A stretch of DNA of 54,360 nt, the filler included, from Dimargaris cristalligena (taxonomy: Eukaryota), in the NCBI GenBank assembly GCA_003614675.1. It is 2 parts of 2 records of this genome, joined end to end, with 100 filler letters (N's around TTAATTAATTAA, not from the genome) between each part and the next. Parts side by side here need not be neighbours in the genome. Positions count along the whole stretch, not along the records: positions 1 to 27,159 come from ML002522.1; 1 more part is not named here. The stretch is one strand, 5' to 3'. This document shows positions 1-11,711 of the stretch, piece after piece. The notes below the pieces were generated by a model. That model did no database searches. It worked only from the letters and a program-made list of their open reading frames with translations, and was not told the DNA's origin. Each line of letters starts with the position of its first letter. Position 1 is the stretch's first letter. Both the position numbers and the translations under genes were made by a program.

Positions 1-1160
1 GCAGGGGTGCATCATAGTTAAGGGTATAAAATATAATAATAGAAAAAACAATATACTAATGAAAATGGAGGAAAAATGACTATACTCATTAGGGGCAGGG
101 GTAGGGGCTCATTCACTCATCAGGGGTGTACTTTTGATAAGTGCAAAAAATAGATAAAAAATGTGATAAGTTTACCACAATAGCAGAATAAACTAACATA
201 ATTAGATGAAACAGGATAGGATAAAGAATAAGTAGGAACATATTACTCAATATTATCAGCCTTTAAAATTAATTTATTACTAGGTATTCAGTGGCTTTGT
301 ACATATATCTATAACCAATGGTTAGTTATAGTAACCCTATATATATATGAGTGAAATTCAAACCAGCTGTTTAAGGTTTTACATAATACATATATGGGTG
401 AATATATGTGAGAATAGCTTTTAACTAGTAATATTGGCCTTATCTAATGGATTTTTCATTGTACAGCCTGAATAGACTTCTCCCATATGTATTGTTAAGT
501 AATTCCTGAATAATAAGCTGGGGATCCTCCACATCACTAATAAAATATCCTGAGAAAACTAAGTCTATGTCCTGTATTTCTGGGCCAAATAGAATAAAGG
601 TAGCACTTCCTAGTAATAAATTGGGCTTCATGTTGGAGTGATCCCACTGGACTATATAATAAATAATCCATTGGACTAGGCAATAACTACTAGTTAAAAA
701 TGAATCCCTTACCTATGTTCCCATATACACTATTATTTTACTGTATACAATAAGGCCGAATTCCACTCATATAAATGAACCCTAGTAATACTAAAGAGTA
801 ATATAAATGAATTATAGCAAGGAACAATATAATATTCTAATGGTATGGTATGTACATTAGTAAGCATAGAGGATCCAGTCATGCAGAGTAAGGGCAAATT
901 AAATTGACATGATAGGCCAAATGCCCTTGTTATCCATCATTGGCTGTAGATCTCACGTAAACAAAGTCCTTTTTAGAAACTACCATTGTGTAAGTGGGTG
1001 ATTTTTTTAGGTGGGCTACTACTATTGGATAGAGATCACAGACTCTTAAAGCCTGGATTAAAAGGATTCCATTTAAACAAGTTCCTTTCCCATCTACCCA
1101 GCTGTCCACCTTGTCCAAGCTATACATATTATTATTGAAAGCCTTTTCCATGCCTACAAA
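1..1160. other. AT-rich, CpG-depleted degenerate region (probable decayed repeat/pseudogene) containing a MITE copy
   Basis: Only 2 CG dinucleotides counted in 1-1140. Only short, stop-riddled ORFs. CG becomes common again from about 1160. Confidence 0.55.
348..485 (+). mobile_element. MITE-like element, copy 1 (138 bp)
   Basis: TA|TGAGTGAAATTCAAACCAGCTGTTTAAGG...TTGTACAGCCTGAATAGACTTCTCCCA|TA. Imperfect ~28-bp terminal inverted repeats. Aligns end to end with copies at 9092, 31001 and 50055. Confidence 0.8.
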
Positions 1161-1603
1161 GTCGTATACTCCATATTTACCCTATTCGAAGTGACCAATA
1201 CGGAACATTGTTTTTTTATATAAAAAGCTGTTAGATTCTTTAACAGTAATGTCTTTACTGATTTAGTGTCCCCAGTTTTTAATATTCGGACCAAACCGTT
1301 AAGTTGTTCCACCTCGGTCGCTTCGGGCTGGCTATACTGACGACCACTCCACCTCCCACAAAGAATCTCGCCATACAGCGTTTTTTATTGTTCGGTTCGG
1401 GGCTCACATTTAGTACCCGTCCGACGTCTTTTCATAACTATCCCAGACTCTGCTCCGAGTTCTTCGCCGATATAAGGCGGCTCGCCCCAACCTTTTAATC
1501 TTCCGCCCCCTCTCTCCGTCTTGACTTTTCTGTATTTCTATTAGCTTAAGGTCATCGGTACGCTGACCATCCCCTTTTTTGAGCTCTCCTCATCGCGTGC
1601 CCC

Positions 1604-4600
1604 ATGGCTTTCCAACCCCCGTCGCGGGCGGTGCCCGTTGTCCAACCCGTTAGCACGGCCTCCAGACTGGATCACATCCATCCCAGCAGGTGGTCTGTAG
1701 ATGATGTGCACTACTATTTTGCCAACACAGCGCGGCAGGGGGGCATCGCCACCATCCTCCGGAATCTTAAGGTGGACGGCCCCACTTTGTTGGGCTATAA
1801 TAACAGAGAGGCGGCGGTACAAACCCTTGGACTGAAGTCCTATCCCCAACGTACCCGATACTTCGAATGCCTCCAAAAGCTCATAACCCAATATAACCTG
1901 CCGCAGCCACCAAAAGAGAAACCGCCCAAAGGCTCCAAATCAGCCACACCCCCCTCGGACCAGGCTACTTCTAAATGGACCAAGCGGAAACGGCATCGGG
2001 ATTTGTCACTCAGGTGCGCTCTGGCGGACACGGCGGTTAAGGCTGCCGGTGTATCAAAAGGCCCAAATGCCGCGTCGATTACTGCGACATGTCCTCCACT
2101 GGTCAAACCTGACCCCAATCGGGATATCCTGGCCAGATCATCTCCCGCCCGCCACAACCCAACTAAACGCCGATTAACTGAACCTGAGCCGCGACCCGGT
2201 CAGCTGACGGGTAGTACCAAAGGCAAATCGAGCAGCCACTCGCCAAGGTCGACAAAATCGTCTACTCCCAGAAATCATCCAACTGCGAACCACCTCGCCT
2301 CGACTGGGAAGGTTAACACTGGCCGTGCCAAAACGTACATGTGGTCCGTTAAGCCCATCGATGGGAAGGTCCAGCAAGTTACGCTGTCGCCGTCCCCCAA
2401 TCCCACATCTACCAGCAATGGCTCGCCAGTCGAAGCAGGCTCAGATCGGACTAAGCATTCCCATTCATCGGCCGATTTAACAGTTGAGACCCCTCATGAT
2501 AAGAGTTCGTCAATCCCGAGACCTCTGGCAACCGGCTCCCGCACCATTCCTCCAAAAGAACTACAGGGACCTAATGGCCGAGACTCCATAACGGACCCAA
2601 GTTGCGATTATAATCGACCTCTTGTGACTAGTTTCATAAACTCTGTCTCCTTCCCAGTGCCATCCGATACTTCTGCATCCCCACGATTACACTCAGATCA
2701 AGTCCAGGGAATAGGTCGGTACAAGGCCTACCGCCGGCCAACTTCTCCCCACCAATCCAGCGCCATTTCGCCGAGTTCGGATTCTTCTCGTGACCGCCGG
2801 CACTCCTCCCACCATCGCACTAACGACTTTCAGGATGGACCACGTTCATTTAATCGCGCAGTATCCCCATCTAGGCCTGAACCTCGGTCTCCACCTCAGC
2901 ATTTTCATCAAACTGTTAATCGTCTCACCCAGGATAGTCACAAAGGACCCCGCCCCGCTATACGCCAATCTCGTTCTCGATCCCGGTCCCAATCTCGCTC
3001 TCCTACCCGCTATTCTCGACACCAGCCATTGACTTCCCATCCGCTTCACGATCATCAGAACTTCTCAGATCCGAATTCGATTTGCTCTGATTCAACTCCC
3101 CGACATCAAATGCTATACTCTGTACGCCCCCGGCCACCTTTGGTAACCCCTCTGAAGGAAGACGCGGTCCTTGTCGCACTATTCCCTCCAGCAAACCAGA
3201 CCAATCACTCTAGCCCCGACTACATGGAGGATGACGCAGAAATAAGCCCCCCGCAGTCACCGGGCAATTCCCCCAGATCTGTATTAGCCGACCTTATTCA
3301 TGGTACCCCCACGACCTATCGAGCACCCCCGCGTGCCTATCCTCCGTTATTTACCGATGACGAAGGGCTTAATTACTTGGCCAAACTGTTTCCGGAGGAT
3401 CCCCCGCTCACACGACGCGAAACGCGATTCCTCCCGCCTACCCGGCTATTCAACACGGAGGTCTTCTTCCGGCATAGTGAGGGTCAACGGCGCTATACTA
3501 ACATTTCCGCCGCCCCACTGTACAACGAATCAGGCGAGCCTGTTCCCCATAGCTTCTGGTTTCGCCGACCTCCAGAGTGCCCGCCTTTTTCTTTTTCGGG
3601 CGCGATTCCGTTTTCCGGTACCGTTCCTGAACCCGACGCATCGCCCGACTCAGGTCCCCAATCCGGCCCCCTCGATCGGTATCTCGGTACCCGGTGCACT
3701 ATCCAACGTAAAATGCGTCGTCTTTTGGCCAACCCGCCTGTGCGGCGCTACCCCACTCAAACTGTGTATCAGCCGATCGATGATCCTATGGCGCCGGTGT
3801 TTATTGTTAATCGACAGGGCATCGTACTGTCCCATTTCCAAGACGATATGCCCCCTCCGCTAGAATCTGGACATGCCAGGTCCCCCGCCCCCGAATCAAA
3901 GGACGCGAATACTGTCGATCTCTGTTCCAATGATGGGGATAAATCGATTGATCTGGCTGATCTAGACAGGGATATCCAGGATATTGTGGATGGTGGCTTG
4001 GGCGGTTTGGTCGACTTGAGTGATGCATGTGATACCTTTGAAGAAATGTCTGAGGACGAGGAAATGCCGAATGGTTTGGTTGATCCCAGGGCGATAGATG
4101 ATGTGGTACCGGATGCTCTGACCCCGGCGGTACCCCTAAGTGGGGACACGCCGATGGCGGCCTCGTCCCTCTCCCGCTTTTTCTCGGTTGCCGTGGACCG
4201 ATCAGCCCTCGCCACGGGCAATTCACCAACCAGTCGGGCTCTTGATTTCGATGCGGACGGTATTCGACAAGATCCCGATGATCCTATTCTACCCCTCTAT
4301 GGCGAATCGGACTATGCCACCGAAGAACTGGATTCCTCAGATATGAGCGGCGACGAAATCACGTCGGCCAAGGCCCCGGGTGGTGAGTCGGCGACCCCCG
4401 CCAGTCTTCCGATTGATGCGCTTGTTGACGAATTCCTGGTGGGCTACAGGGAAGAGTGGCGGGCCCGAAAGCAACCGAAACTAGAGGCTCGGCAGTGGAA
4501 GCTATGGCATACGGAACAGGCCCGGCTGGACGAATTCAAAGACCAGCTCGAATACCTCAAAGAGGACCGCCTACCACGTCACATTAAAGCCCTCCGCGAC

Positions 4601-7600
4601 ATGGGGATCCGCAACTCGCGGGAATTCCGCCGGATTGGAGTAACCCTTTGCGAAACCGTCTTCTCGATGAGTGAGCTCGAATGGAAAATCCAGTTGGTTT
4701 CCGGACCCGTTCCCGAAACCCCAGTATTTGCGCGGTCCTCTAAGCAGGAATCCCCTTCCTCCACTACCCCCACAAGCCGATTCAAGCGCAAGCCCCTTAG
4801 GGACCAGACTGCTGATGGTAAACCGGACGTGAGCCCTTCAATTTCGACCCAGTCGCAACCCGTGAAACCTCCGGGTGCCCCACCCAAATTTGCAAAGAGC
4901 GACCAGAACATGAAGCCTGCTGTTGGATCTACTTCGGCCAAGGAACCCGATAACATGGACCTATCGGATGACGACTCGGACGATGACTGGGACAATTTTA
5001 TTGACGATTCCGATATGCTGCCGGAAGACCATGAGCGGTTTGGGCACTATCTTAAGGGGCCTAAACGAGCTCCAACTATTCGAAAGCGGCGCGGTACCCC
5101 AATTATTCGGTCACCATCGCTAACCGGGGAGTTGTCTAACGACGCACCCAGCGCTGATGGGCCCGTGCCATTGCCCATTCAGCCCGGCTCTCCGTCCCCG
5201 CCGATCGAAGAGGAGCAAGCACCTACTGCGCCCTTAAAGGTTGTATCTGGTCCTCCGGCTGCAACTATTACTCCGGAGCCTAAATCCTCACCTGAGCCTA
5301 GACCAACCTTGCCTGTATCCTCCTCAAAGACTGAGGCCAAAGTCGAAGTCGAAATCGATGTTGATGACGAACCACAGCTACCTGCGGCTATAAAAGTGGC
5401 CCAATCGCCCATTGCGTTATCGAGCCCGGGATACACAACCCAATTATCGCCGGTAGAGGAAATCACCCTAGCCAGCGGTTTTGTACCAATTCCCCCACCA
5501 CCGATCAGGGTTTCTCGGATCAATGAGGTCATCGTTCTCGACAGCACGGATTCCGAAGACGAGGGTGTCGATATGGATATTTCGGCACCTCAGTCGCCGA
5601 AGGCCTCTTCCCCGAGCACTGCCGCGGCCCCACGGGTGACCGTACCATCAACGCGTACATCCACCACTACCAACATCAAACCAGACTCCCCGTCGATGTC
5701 CATTGGCTCTTTATTGAATTTGCCCCCTGAGACAGCGAAACCCACTGGTACTAATTGCAAAGCCCCGCTATTCGCCAGGCCCCCCTCCCCAACCTTACCA
5801 CGGCTATCTACCGGAATTGGGAAGTTACCTTTAAATTCGGGAGGCGCCGGCGGAGGTCTGCTCAAAAACCCAAATGTTGCCGACTCCAATACACCGGCTG
5901 CCCCATCGCCCCGCTCACTTTCGGATTACGTTAGGGAGGCATTGCGATCGGCCTCTTCCACAAACAATAACACGCTTAAAAAGTTAGGTGACTTCCTCCT
6001 TGACCCATCGGCCCTTTCCTCAAAGGACGACCAACCTTCGGAGAACTCGCCCGCAAACCAGGTCAAGGGCCGGAAAAATATCCGACCCATCCGGGAAGAG
6101 GGGGAAGATGTCCTTAAGCTAAGAAACGCTATTCGGGAAAAGGAAGAAGCATACCAGAATCGGCTACGGGAGCTTGCTAACCAGCCGAGCGAACCAATCA
6201 CGGCCCTAACCACCGGCGACCCGGAAGCGACTAGCGACCGGCAAACCAAGCCCAATCCAGCGGCCGACGAAACGACTGCGCCAGAATCTAGCCAGGTCCC
6301 GCGCGTGATCATCAATTTGGGACACGACCCGGGGGAGAGTGACATTTATATACCCAGCTTTTTGGCTCGCCATATTAAACCCCATCAGGTCGAGGGGGTC
6401 CGCTTCATGTGGAAGAATTTGGTGATGTTCGCCAAGAGCGGCTGTATTCTGGCGCACGCCATGGGTCTGGGGAAAACCTTCCAGGTGATCGTGATCGTCT
6501 TCGTGCTGCTCGAGGAAGTACGCAAGGGCAACCCGGCCATTCCGGAGCACTTCCGGTCCCGACGGATTCTCATTTTATTACCCCCCACGCTACGGAAGAA
6601 CTGGATGCGGGAAATCAATACCTGGATCCCTAAAACATGGCTACGAAGGACTATTGGCCACGTATTTGCCCTGGACGGAACCATCCATAAAAACACGGAA
6701 GCCCGGTTGGCGTACCTACATGACTGGTACGAGCACGGTGGTATCCTGCTAACGGGCTACCAACTGTTTCGGGATCTGTCCATTGGTATGTCAACATCGG
6801 GCAAAACCCCCCTATCCGATGACGAGCTGACTCTCTACCAGCGGTATCTGTTGGATCCCGGTCCAGCGCTTGTGGTGGCTGATGAGGGACATACCATCAA
6901 GAACCCGAATTCCAAAGTGTCCATTGCCACCAAACGCTTTAAAACCAAAAGTCGGGTGTGCCTGACGGGTTATCCCCTACAAAACAACCTATCCGAATAC
7001 TGGTGCATGGTGGACTTCGTCCACCCGGGTTGCTTGGGCCACCTCGCCGACTTCCGCAATGCCTACGTACACCCGATTGAGAACGGGATGTACCCGGACA
7101 GTACCCGCAGCGATGTACGCCTCTTCCGGACGAAACTGTATATTTTGCACGATATCCTCAAGGATTTCGTCCTGCGCCGGGAGCCGGTGGTACTTCAACG
7201 CGAACTGCCGCCCAAGCGCGAATTCGTCATTACCTGCAAACTGCCGGCCCTGCAGCACTCCCTCTACACGGAAATCCTGGAGAACGAATTACAATACGGC
7301 AATGCCTTTAATGCGGGTAAAGGCTTGATTGCCAACGAGATTATTCTACGCAATATTTGTAACCACCCCTACATCTTCAAACTATCCCTCAACAAGCGCT
7401 TTCGAGCTATCCAACCCCGGGGTTCGTCGGGATCATCCTACTCCAGCTCGGGGGGCGATGGACAGTATAAAACCCTCCCTTTGGAAACGGATGAGGACGG
7501 ACAGGCTATCCCCGAGGAAGACGGGGAAAAACTCGAGGCCATGATCCCGTTCCTAGTAGCCATCACTGACAAGGCCTTCCAACGGGTGCCCGATTATAAG

Positions 7601-8602
7601 GATATTAGCCATGGTATCAAAATGGTGGTTCTGATGCACATGGCCGAGATGTGCGTGCGGAACGGGGACAAGATGCTCATCTTTAGCCGGGGTATCCCCA
7701 CGCTCGACTACATCGAGTCGATCTTCCGCACCGCCTCCTGGTCCTCCTTCACCAATAAACGACGGTACATGCGTCTGGACGGGACGACCAACATGGCCGC
7801 CCGCCAGCCTCTGGTCGAGGAATTCAATTCAAACCCCAACCTCAATTTCTTTCTCATTTCGTCGGGAACGGGCTCGCTGGGCCTCAACTTACCTTCCGCC
7901 AACCGAGTGGTGCTGATGGATGCGGGGTGGAATCCCAGTTTCGACGAGCAGGCCATCGCACGAGCCTACCGGTACGGCCAGACCAAGCCGGTGTTCGTGT
8001 ACCGACTGACCACGTGCGGTACCATGGAAGACAAGGTTCTCAAGAATAACGTACATAAAATCGGCTTGTCGAAACGGGTGGTGGACCATAAAAACGTCGA
8101 AAAACGGTACACCAAAAGCCAACTCAAGAGCTACCTCGATATTCCCCCGTCCGACCCACCTAGCCTCGTACCCTATATTCGGGCCCGACTCCCTTTGGAC
8201 CAGGATCCGTACCTTCGGAGTATCGTCGACACTTTGGCCGACCAGTTGGTGAATATTGACGAACGGTCGTTAGACAGTCCGATCGTGGAAGACGAAATGA
8301 CGGCTGAACACCTCTACGAGGCTAACTGTATGTTACAGATGGAACGGGACCGTATTTCGGGTAAGCCCGTGGCCCCCATCCCGGTCCAGGGCCTCCTACC
8401 CACCGAGCGGCCCGTCCCCATTTACGATACGAATGGTCGGGATATCACTCATACGTTCCCCAACTACCAACCGCCGCAACTGCCCTCGGCTCCGGCTTCA
8501 GACCCAGCCCCAGTCCCTCCTCCATTACCGCCTATTCCGACGTCGCAAATGCCCTCGACCCACCTTATGGATTTCCATGGGTTCTCGGAGCAACAGCCGT
8601 AA
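1604..8602 (+). CDS. SNF2-family chromatin-remodelling ATPase, ATRX/RAD54L2(ARIP4)-like, with N-terminal SAM-like domain; intronless, 2332 aa
   Basis: Motifs GCILAHAMGLGKTFQ (I), DEGH (II), LTGYPLQNNLSEYWCMVDF (III), RLDGTT, GSLGLNL (V), QAIARAYRYGQ (VI) are typical of the ATRX/ARIP4 branch. Long S/P-rich disordered N-terminal region. Confidence 0.93.
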   Translation: MAFQPPSRAVPVVQPVSTASRLDHIHPSRWSVDDVHYYFANTARQGGIATILRNLKVDGPTLLGYNNREAAVQTLGLKSYPQRTRYFECLQKLITQYNLPQPPKEKPPKGSKSATPPSDQATSKWTKRKRHRDLSLRCALADTAVKAAGVSKGPNAASITATCPPLVKPDPNRDILARSSPARHNPTKRRLTEPEPRPGQLTGSTKGKSSSHSPRSTKSSTPRNHPTANHLASTGKVNTGRAKTYMWSVKPIDGKVQQVTLSPSPNPTSTSNGSPVEAGSDRTKHSHSSADLTVETPHDKSSSIPRPLATGSRTIPPKELQGPNGRDSITDPSCDYNRPLVTSFINSVSFPVPSDTSASPRLHSDQVQGIGRYKAYRRPTSPHQSSAISPSSDSSRDRRHSSHHRTNDFQDGPRSFNRAVSPSRPEPRSPPQHFHQTVNRLTQDSHKGPRPAIRQSRSRSRSQSRSPTRYSRHQPLTSHPLHDHQNFSDPNSICSDSTPRHQMLYSVRPRPPLVTPLKEDAVLVALFPPANQTNHSSPDYMEDDAEISPPQSPGNSPRSVLADLIHGTPTTYRAPPRAYPPLFTDDEGLNYLAKLFPEDPPLTRRETRFLPPTRLFNTEVFFRHSEGQRRYTNISAAPLYNESGEPVPHSFWFRRPPECPPFSFSGAIPFSGTVPEPDASPDSGPQSGPLDRYLGTRCTIQRKMRRLLANPPVRRYPTQTVYQPIDDPMAPVFIVNRQGIVLSHFQDDMPPPLESGHARSPAPESKDANTVDLCSNDGDKSIDLADLDRDIQDIVDGGLGGLVDLSDACDTFEEMSEDEEMPNGLVDPRAIDDVVPDALTPAVPLSGDTPMAASSLSRFFSVAVDRSALATGNSPTSRALDFDADGIRQDPDDPILPLYGESDYATEELDSSDMSGDEITSAKAPGGESATPASLPIDALVDEFLVGYREEWRARKQPKLEARQWKLWHTEQARLDEFKDQLEYLKEDRLPRHIKALRDMGIRNSREFRRIGVTLCETVFSMSELEWKIQLVSGPVPETPVFARSSKQESPSSTTPTSRFKRKPLRDQTADGKPDVSPSISTQSQPVKPPGAPPKFAKSDQNMKPAVGSTSAKEPDNMDLSDDDSDDDWDNFIDDSDMLPEDHERFGHYLKGPKRAPTIRKRRGTPIIRSPSLTGELSNDAPSADGPVPLPIQPGSPSPPIEEEQAPTAPLKVVSGPPAATITPEPKSSPEPRPTLPVSSSKTEAKVEVEIDVDDEPQLPAAIKVAQSPIALSSPGYTTQLSPVEEITLASGFVPIPPPPIRVSRINEVIVLDSTDSEDEGVDMDISAPQSPKASSPSTAAAPRVTVPSTRTSTTTNIKPDSPSMSIGSLLNLPPETAKPTGTNCKAPLFARPPSPTLPRLSTGIGKLPLNSGGAGGGLLKNPNVADSNTPAAPSPRSLSDYVREALRSASSTNNNTLKKLGDFLLDPSALSSKDDQPSENSPANQVKGRKNIRPIREEGEDVLKLRNAIREKEEAYQNRLRELANQPSEPITALTTGDPEATSDRQTKPNPAADETTAPESSQVPRVIINLGHDPGESDIYIPSFLARHIKPHQVEGVRFMWKNLVMFAKSGCILAHAMGLGKTFQVIVIVFVLLEEVRKGNPAIPEHFRSRRILILLPPTLRKNWMREINTWIPKTWLRRTIGHVFALDGTIHKNTEARLAYLHDWYEHGGILLTGYQLFRDLSIGMSTSGKTPLSDDELTLYQRYLLDPGPALVVADEGHTIKNPNSKVSIATKRFKTKSRVCLTGYPLQNNLSEYWCMVDFVHPGCLGHLADFRNAYVHPIENGMYPDSTRSDVRLFRTKLYILHDILKDFVLRREPVVLQRELPPKREFVITCKLPALQHSLYTEILENELQYGNAFNAGKGLIANEIILRNICNHPYIFKLSLNKRFRAIQPRGSSGSSYSSSGGDGQYKTLPLETDEDGQAIPEEDGEKLEAMIPFLVAITDKAFQRVPDYKDISHGIKMVVLMHMAEMCVRNGDKMLIFSRGIPTLDYIESIFRTASWSSFTNKRRYMRLDGTTNMAARQPLVEEFNSNPNLNFFLISSGTGSLGLNLPSANRVVLMDAGWNPSFDEQAIARAYRYGQTKPVFVYRLTTCGTMEDKVLKNNVHKIGLSKRVVDHKNVEKRYTKSQLKSYLDIPPSDPPSLVPYIRARLPLDQDPYLRSIVDTLADQLVNIDERSLDSPIVEDEMTAEHLYEANCMLQMERDRISGKPVAPIPVQGLLPTERPVPIYDTNGRDITHTFPNYQPPQLPSAPASDPAPVPPPLPPIPTSQMPSTHLMDFHGFSEQQP

Positions 8603-9091
8603 AAACCTGTGTTTTCATATATATATATATATGTATATATATGTGTGGGCGGGTGTGGATGTGAATAACTTCCCTTTCAACAGAGTTGGAGTTGCATTTC
8701 CCTATTTTACCAATTTTAATTGTTTGCAATCCTGGTATATGTATATGAAATTGACCTTAACGGTCGCCCCTCACAATAGAGAGTTAAATAAAGGGATGAG
8801 GTTTCTAATTTGAACCGTCTTCGTACCATGTGAATAGAACGGTGAGCTTGGATGGTTAATCACGCTACTGCTTCGGATGGTCATTAATAATGACCAATGT
8901 AAAATTATTATGCCGATTACAAATAGGTAAAAAAATATTACAATCTTGTCTAGTGTAAATAGACCACTAGACCAAAATACACACTTTCCAAGCATAAATA
9001 TATACCTCCCTATTATTTATCTGGGACAGTATTTATATCATCTATTATTTTATAACGAGGCTAAGGACCATTTCTCAAATAAACAATAATA

Positions 9092-9229
9092 TGGGTAAAG
9101 TTCGGCTCGGCTGTATAAGGTTTTAACTGATATGTGCATGGGAAAATCGGTGGGATATATATTTTCACCTAGTAGTATTTGCCTCATCAAATGGATTTTT
9201 CGTTATACAGCCTGGTTGAACTACTCCCA
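9092..9229 (+). mobile_element. MITE-like element, copy 2 (138 bp)
   Basis: TA|TGGGTAAAGTTCGGCTCGGCTGTATAAGG...CGTTATACAGCCTGGTTGAACTACTCCCA|TA. TIRs and TA flanks. Confidence 0.85.
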
Positions 9230-10680
9230 TATTATGAATCATCCGATATTGCATGATATGCCTATAGCCAAGAACCTAATTAGTTAGCTTCATCACGAGA
9301 GCCAGTAAATCAAATAGGGAGAAACTTAAACCTGCATGCTCCGAAAAAAATGGCTAATAAATGATTCATATGGACTGGTCTGGTGATCGAATATACACAT
9401 TTTAATATTTCTCATGTAATGTATATTAGATAGATAACAAATCTACTAAAAGGATTTCATATTTTGAATGATAAATGGGCAGAAACTAAGCTAGAATATT
9501 AGATATTTAACGGGTGCAACTTCAGCCGGCGGATGGTTTTGCCTATAAGGTCAGACTGGGACTACTTGGCATCAATATGGTGCATGAGTAAGGCTGGTTG
9601 GTGGCCTAACGACAATAGATGTGCTTGATAAGACAGGATTGTTCCTGATACAATAGGAATTTCTAAGCCAGTTGGTTAACTTATAGTGCAGCATTCGAAC
9701 TATCTCCCATTGCTATGTGCCAGATAATCAGCCAATTATGAGTCGGTTTAAAGGGCATCTGGTCACTGACATCTGTCTGGTTTGTAGTATACTACGCCTT
9801 TCATTCTGAACCCTGTGAAGAAAGAACAGTTTTAGTAAGCAACAGTCACCAAGAAGCAACTCTTTGTAGTTGCTCTGTGTTGATTAGATGATGAGTGTAT
9901 CCCCTGCGTACTCATACGACTCATAACCAACCACTTTGTTCTACAGCCTTCCTTCCGGTCGCGCAGCCCCTTACTCCATTCACCTCGCTCGCCTTTAGCT
10001 GCGTCGGCTAGGATGGCTTCCAACTTTGGCCGGTTTCGCTTGGGGACACACCCCTCACATTAATGTCCTTTCCCTAAATCCGTAACCCAGGTAGCTACAG
10101 TCGCCTAGCACGTATACGTATTGCACAGTACTACTAGATATACTGTTAATGCCAGCTGACTATTGCTTGGTAAGCCTTGATTATATTAACGGGAGGCTCA
10201 ATAGTAGCCAAGGCGCAGTTTTTTATCGGAGGATTCAGGAAGGGTTTACCAATAGACCCGCATTCCGGCAAGCTCCCCAGCATAATCACTGGGCTATATT
10301 ATATTGGGATGATTACACAGAGAGAAAGAGAGAGAGAGTTGCGCAGCCCAATATTCCTCGCTTATTTACATGTTGATGATGTGACGGTCTATTTCTATTG
10401 GCGAAATGCCAGCCCCCTTCCCATCTAATGGCATCATTATTCTACTGAGTCATACATAGGCTAGAGTCGATCAAGGCCTCACCTGACGCAGATGCCACGT
10501 ATGCCCTTGCTTTATAGCATATATGCATACATTGGGATTGGACTACTTTAGCTGGCGGTCTCACTTCAGGTTTAAAGTCACAATAGCTGCTCTCATTTGC
10601 TTAATTAAACACTATCTAACTAAATACTCTTCTGTGGTTTTAGCCCATTCCGCCTTCTTTCTCCATTCCCCCCCGTTCCA

Positions 10681-11445
10681 ATGCCCGCCATAGTTGCCAC
10701 CGCCTATCCGTCCTGTCCTGCCTTGGCCGACTCGGTAAGCCCTTTTGACTAGGCAACCTAAACCCTAAACCAGCCATTTGCTCCTACGAAACCAGCACCA
10801 CCCCCTCATGTGTGTCCTCTCGTCTAATGCATATCACCTTGGATATCCTCTCCGAATGTATTTACACTTCCCTAGCAGCCAGACTCTGAACCCGCCGCCA
10901 CCTCCTCCCCAAACCCCCGCCAACCGTCTCCGGCCCGACGGGTTTCTTTCAACCTCCATCATAACGAAATCCTATATCTGCCCCCAAAACAGGTGCTCAC
11001 TCAATTATTCAAGGCCAAGGATTATCTCCGCCGACTTCCATTAAATCAGTCTGACCCTTCCTCGCCCCCCACCTCGTCTTCTGAAGATGAGTTGCTTGCC
11101 TCGCCCGATATCGAGGGTAGCCATACTAGCCCAACCCCGCCCCGGGCCCGCCGGGTCAAGCCACTCAAGTTACCCCAAAACACCCAGCCTTCGGAGTACT
11201 GGATTACCCATACCGGCCTGACCGTGGATACGCCCATCACCGCCTTTGCCGTGCGCAATCACTCCCTAATATCCACCGTCGGGCCCCGCCGTCGCCACTC
11301 CACGCCTTCGGAGTCCGGGGTGCTGAAAAGTGCCCTAAAAGTATCTACCAGCCCCACCTCCACCAAAGCTTCCCCTCCACGCTCGGCGTCGGCATCCCCC
11401 AAAAAGAAGAAGGCCAAGAAGAGTGGTGGTCATCGGAGGCGCTGA
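10681..11445 (+). CDS. Small hypothetical protein (168 aa, 2 exons: 10681-10734, 10993-11445), S/P-rich with basic C-terminal NLS-like segment
   Basis: ATG at 10681, donor GTAAGC at 10735, acceptor CAG ending 10992; phase-0 join into ORF 10993-11445. C-terminal PKKKKAKK. Confidence 0.7.
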
Positions 11446-11711
11446 AGCTTCATCACCATGCGAATCGGGATGGCGGGTGGTTCACCCCCCATTATATTAT
11501 CTTTACTACTTGCTATACTATCGTTGATCCTCTGCTGTAATTCTAACTGCTGATTCCTTTATCAGCACACTTTTCCCCGACTTTTTATTGTCTGCTATGT
11601 TACAATTGGCCTGTCTTTCCGCCGATTTGATTATTACGTTTATTATACAAACCCACACATGCCTGATTTATTCCCCCAAACTGAATAAAGTTTAATCCGT
11701 TACTAACATTA

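Noticed and set aside
348..485. MITE as a Fanzor ghost/omegaRNA locus
   Set aside because: TA flanks and ~30-bp TIRs are compatible, but there is no Fanzor/TnpB ORF or recognisable omegaRNA in the window.
1541..8813. Many antisense and alternate-frame ORFs overlapping the SNF2 gene (likewise within DBP4 and DPB2)
   Set aside because: Shadow ORFs expected in GC-rich coding DNA; no motifs, and many use non-ATG starts.
9860..10030. Hairpins and a GATGATGA box suggesting a U3/box C-D snoRNA
   Set aside because: No U3 box A or properly placed box B/D found; pairing could be chance.
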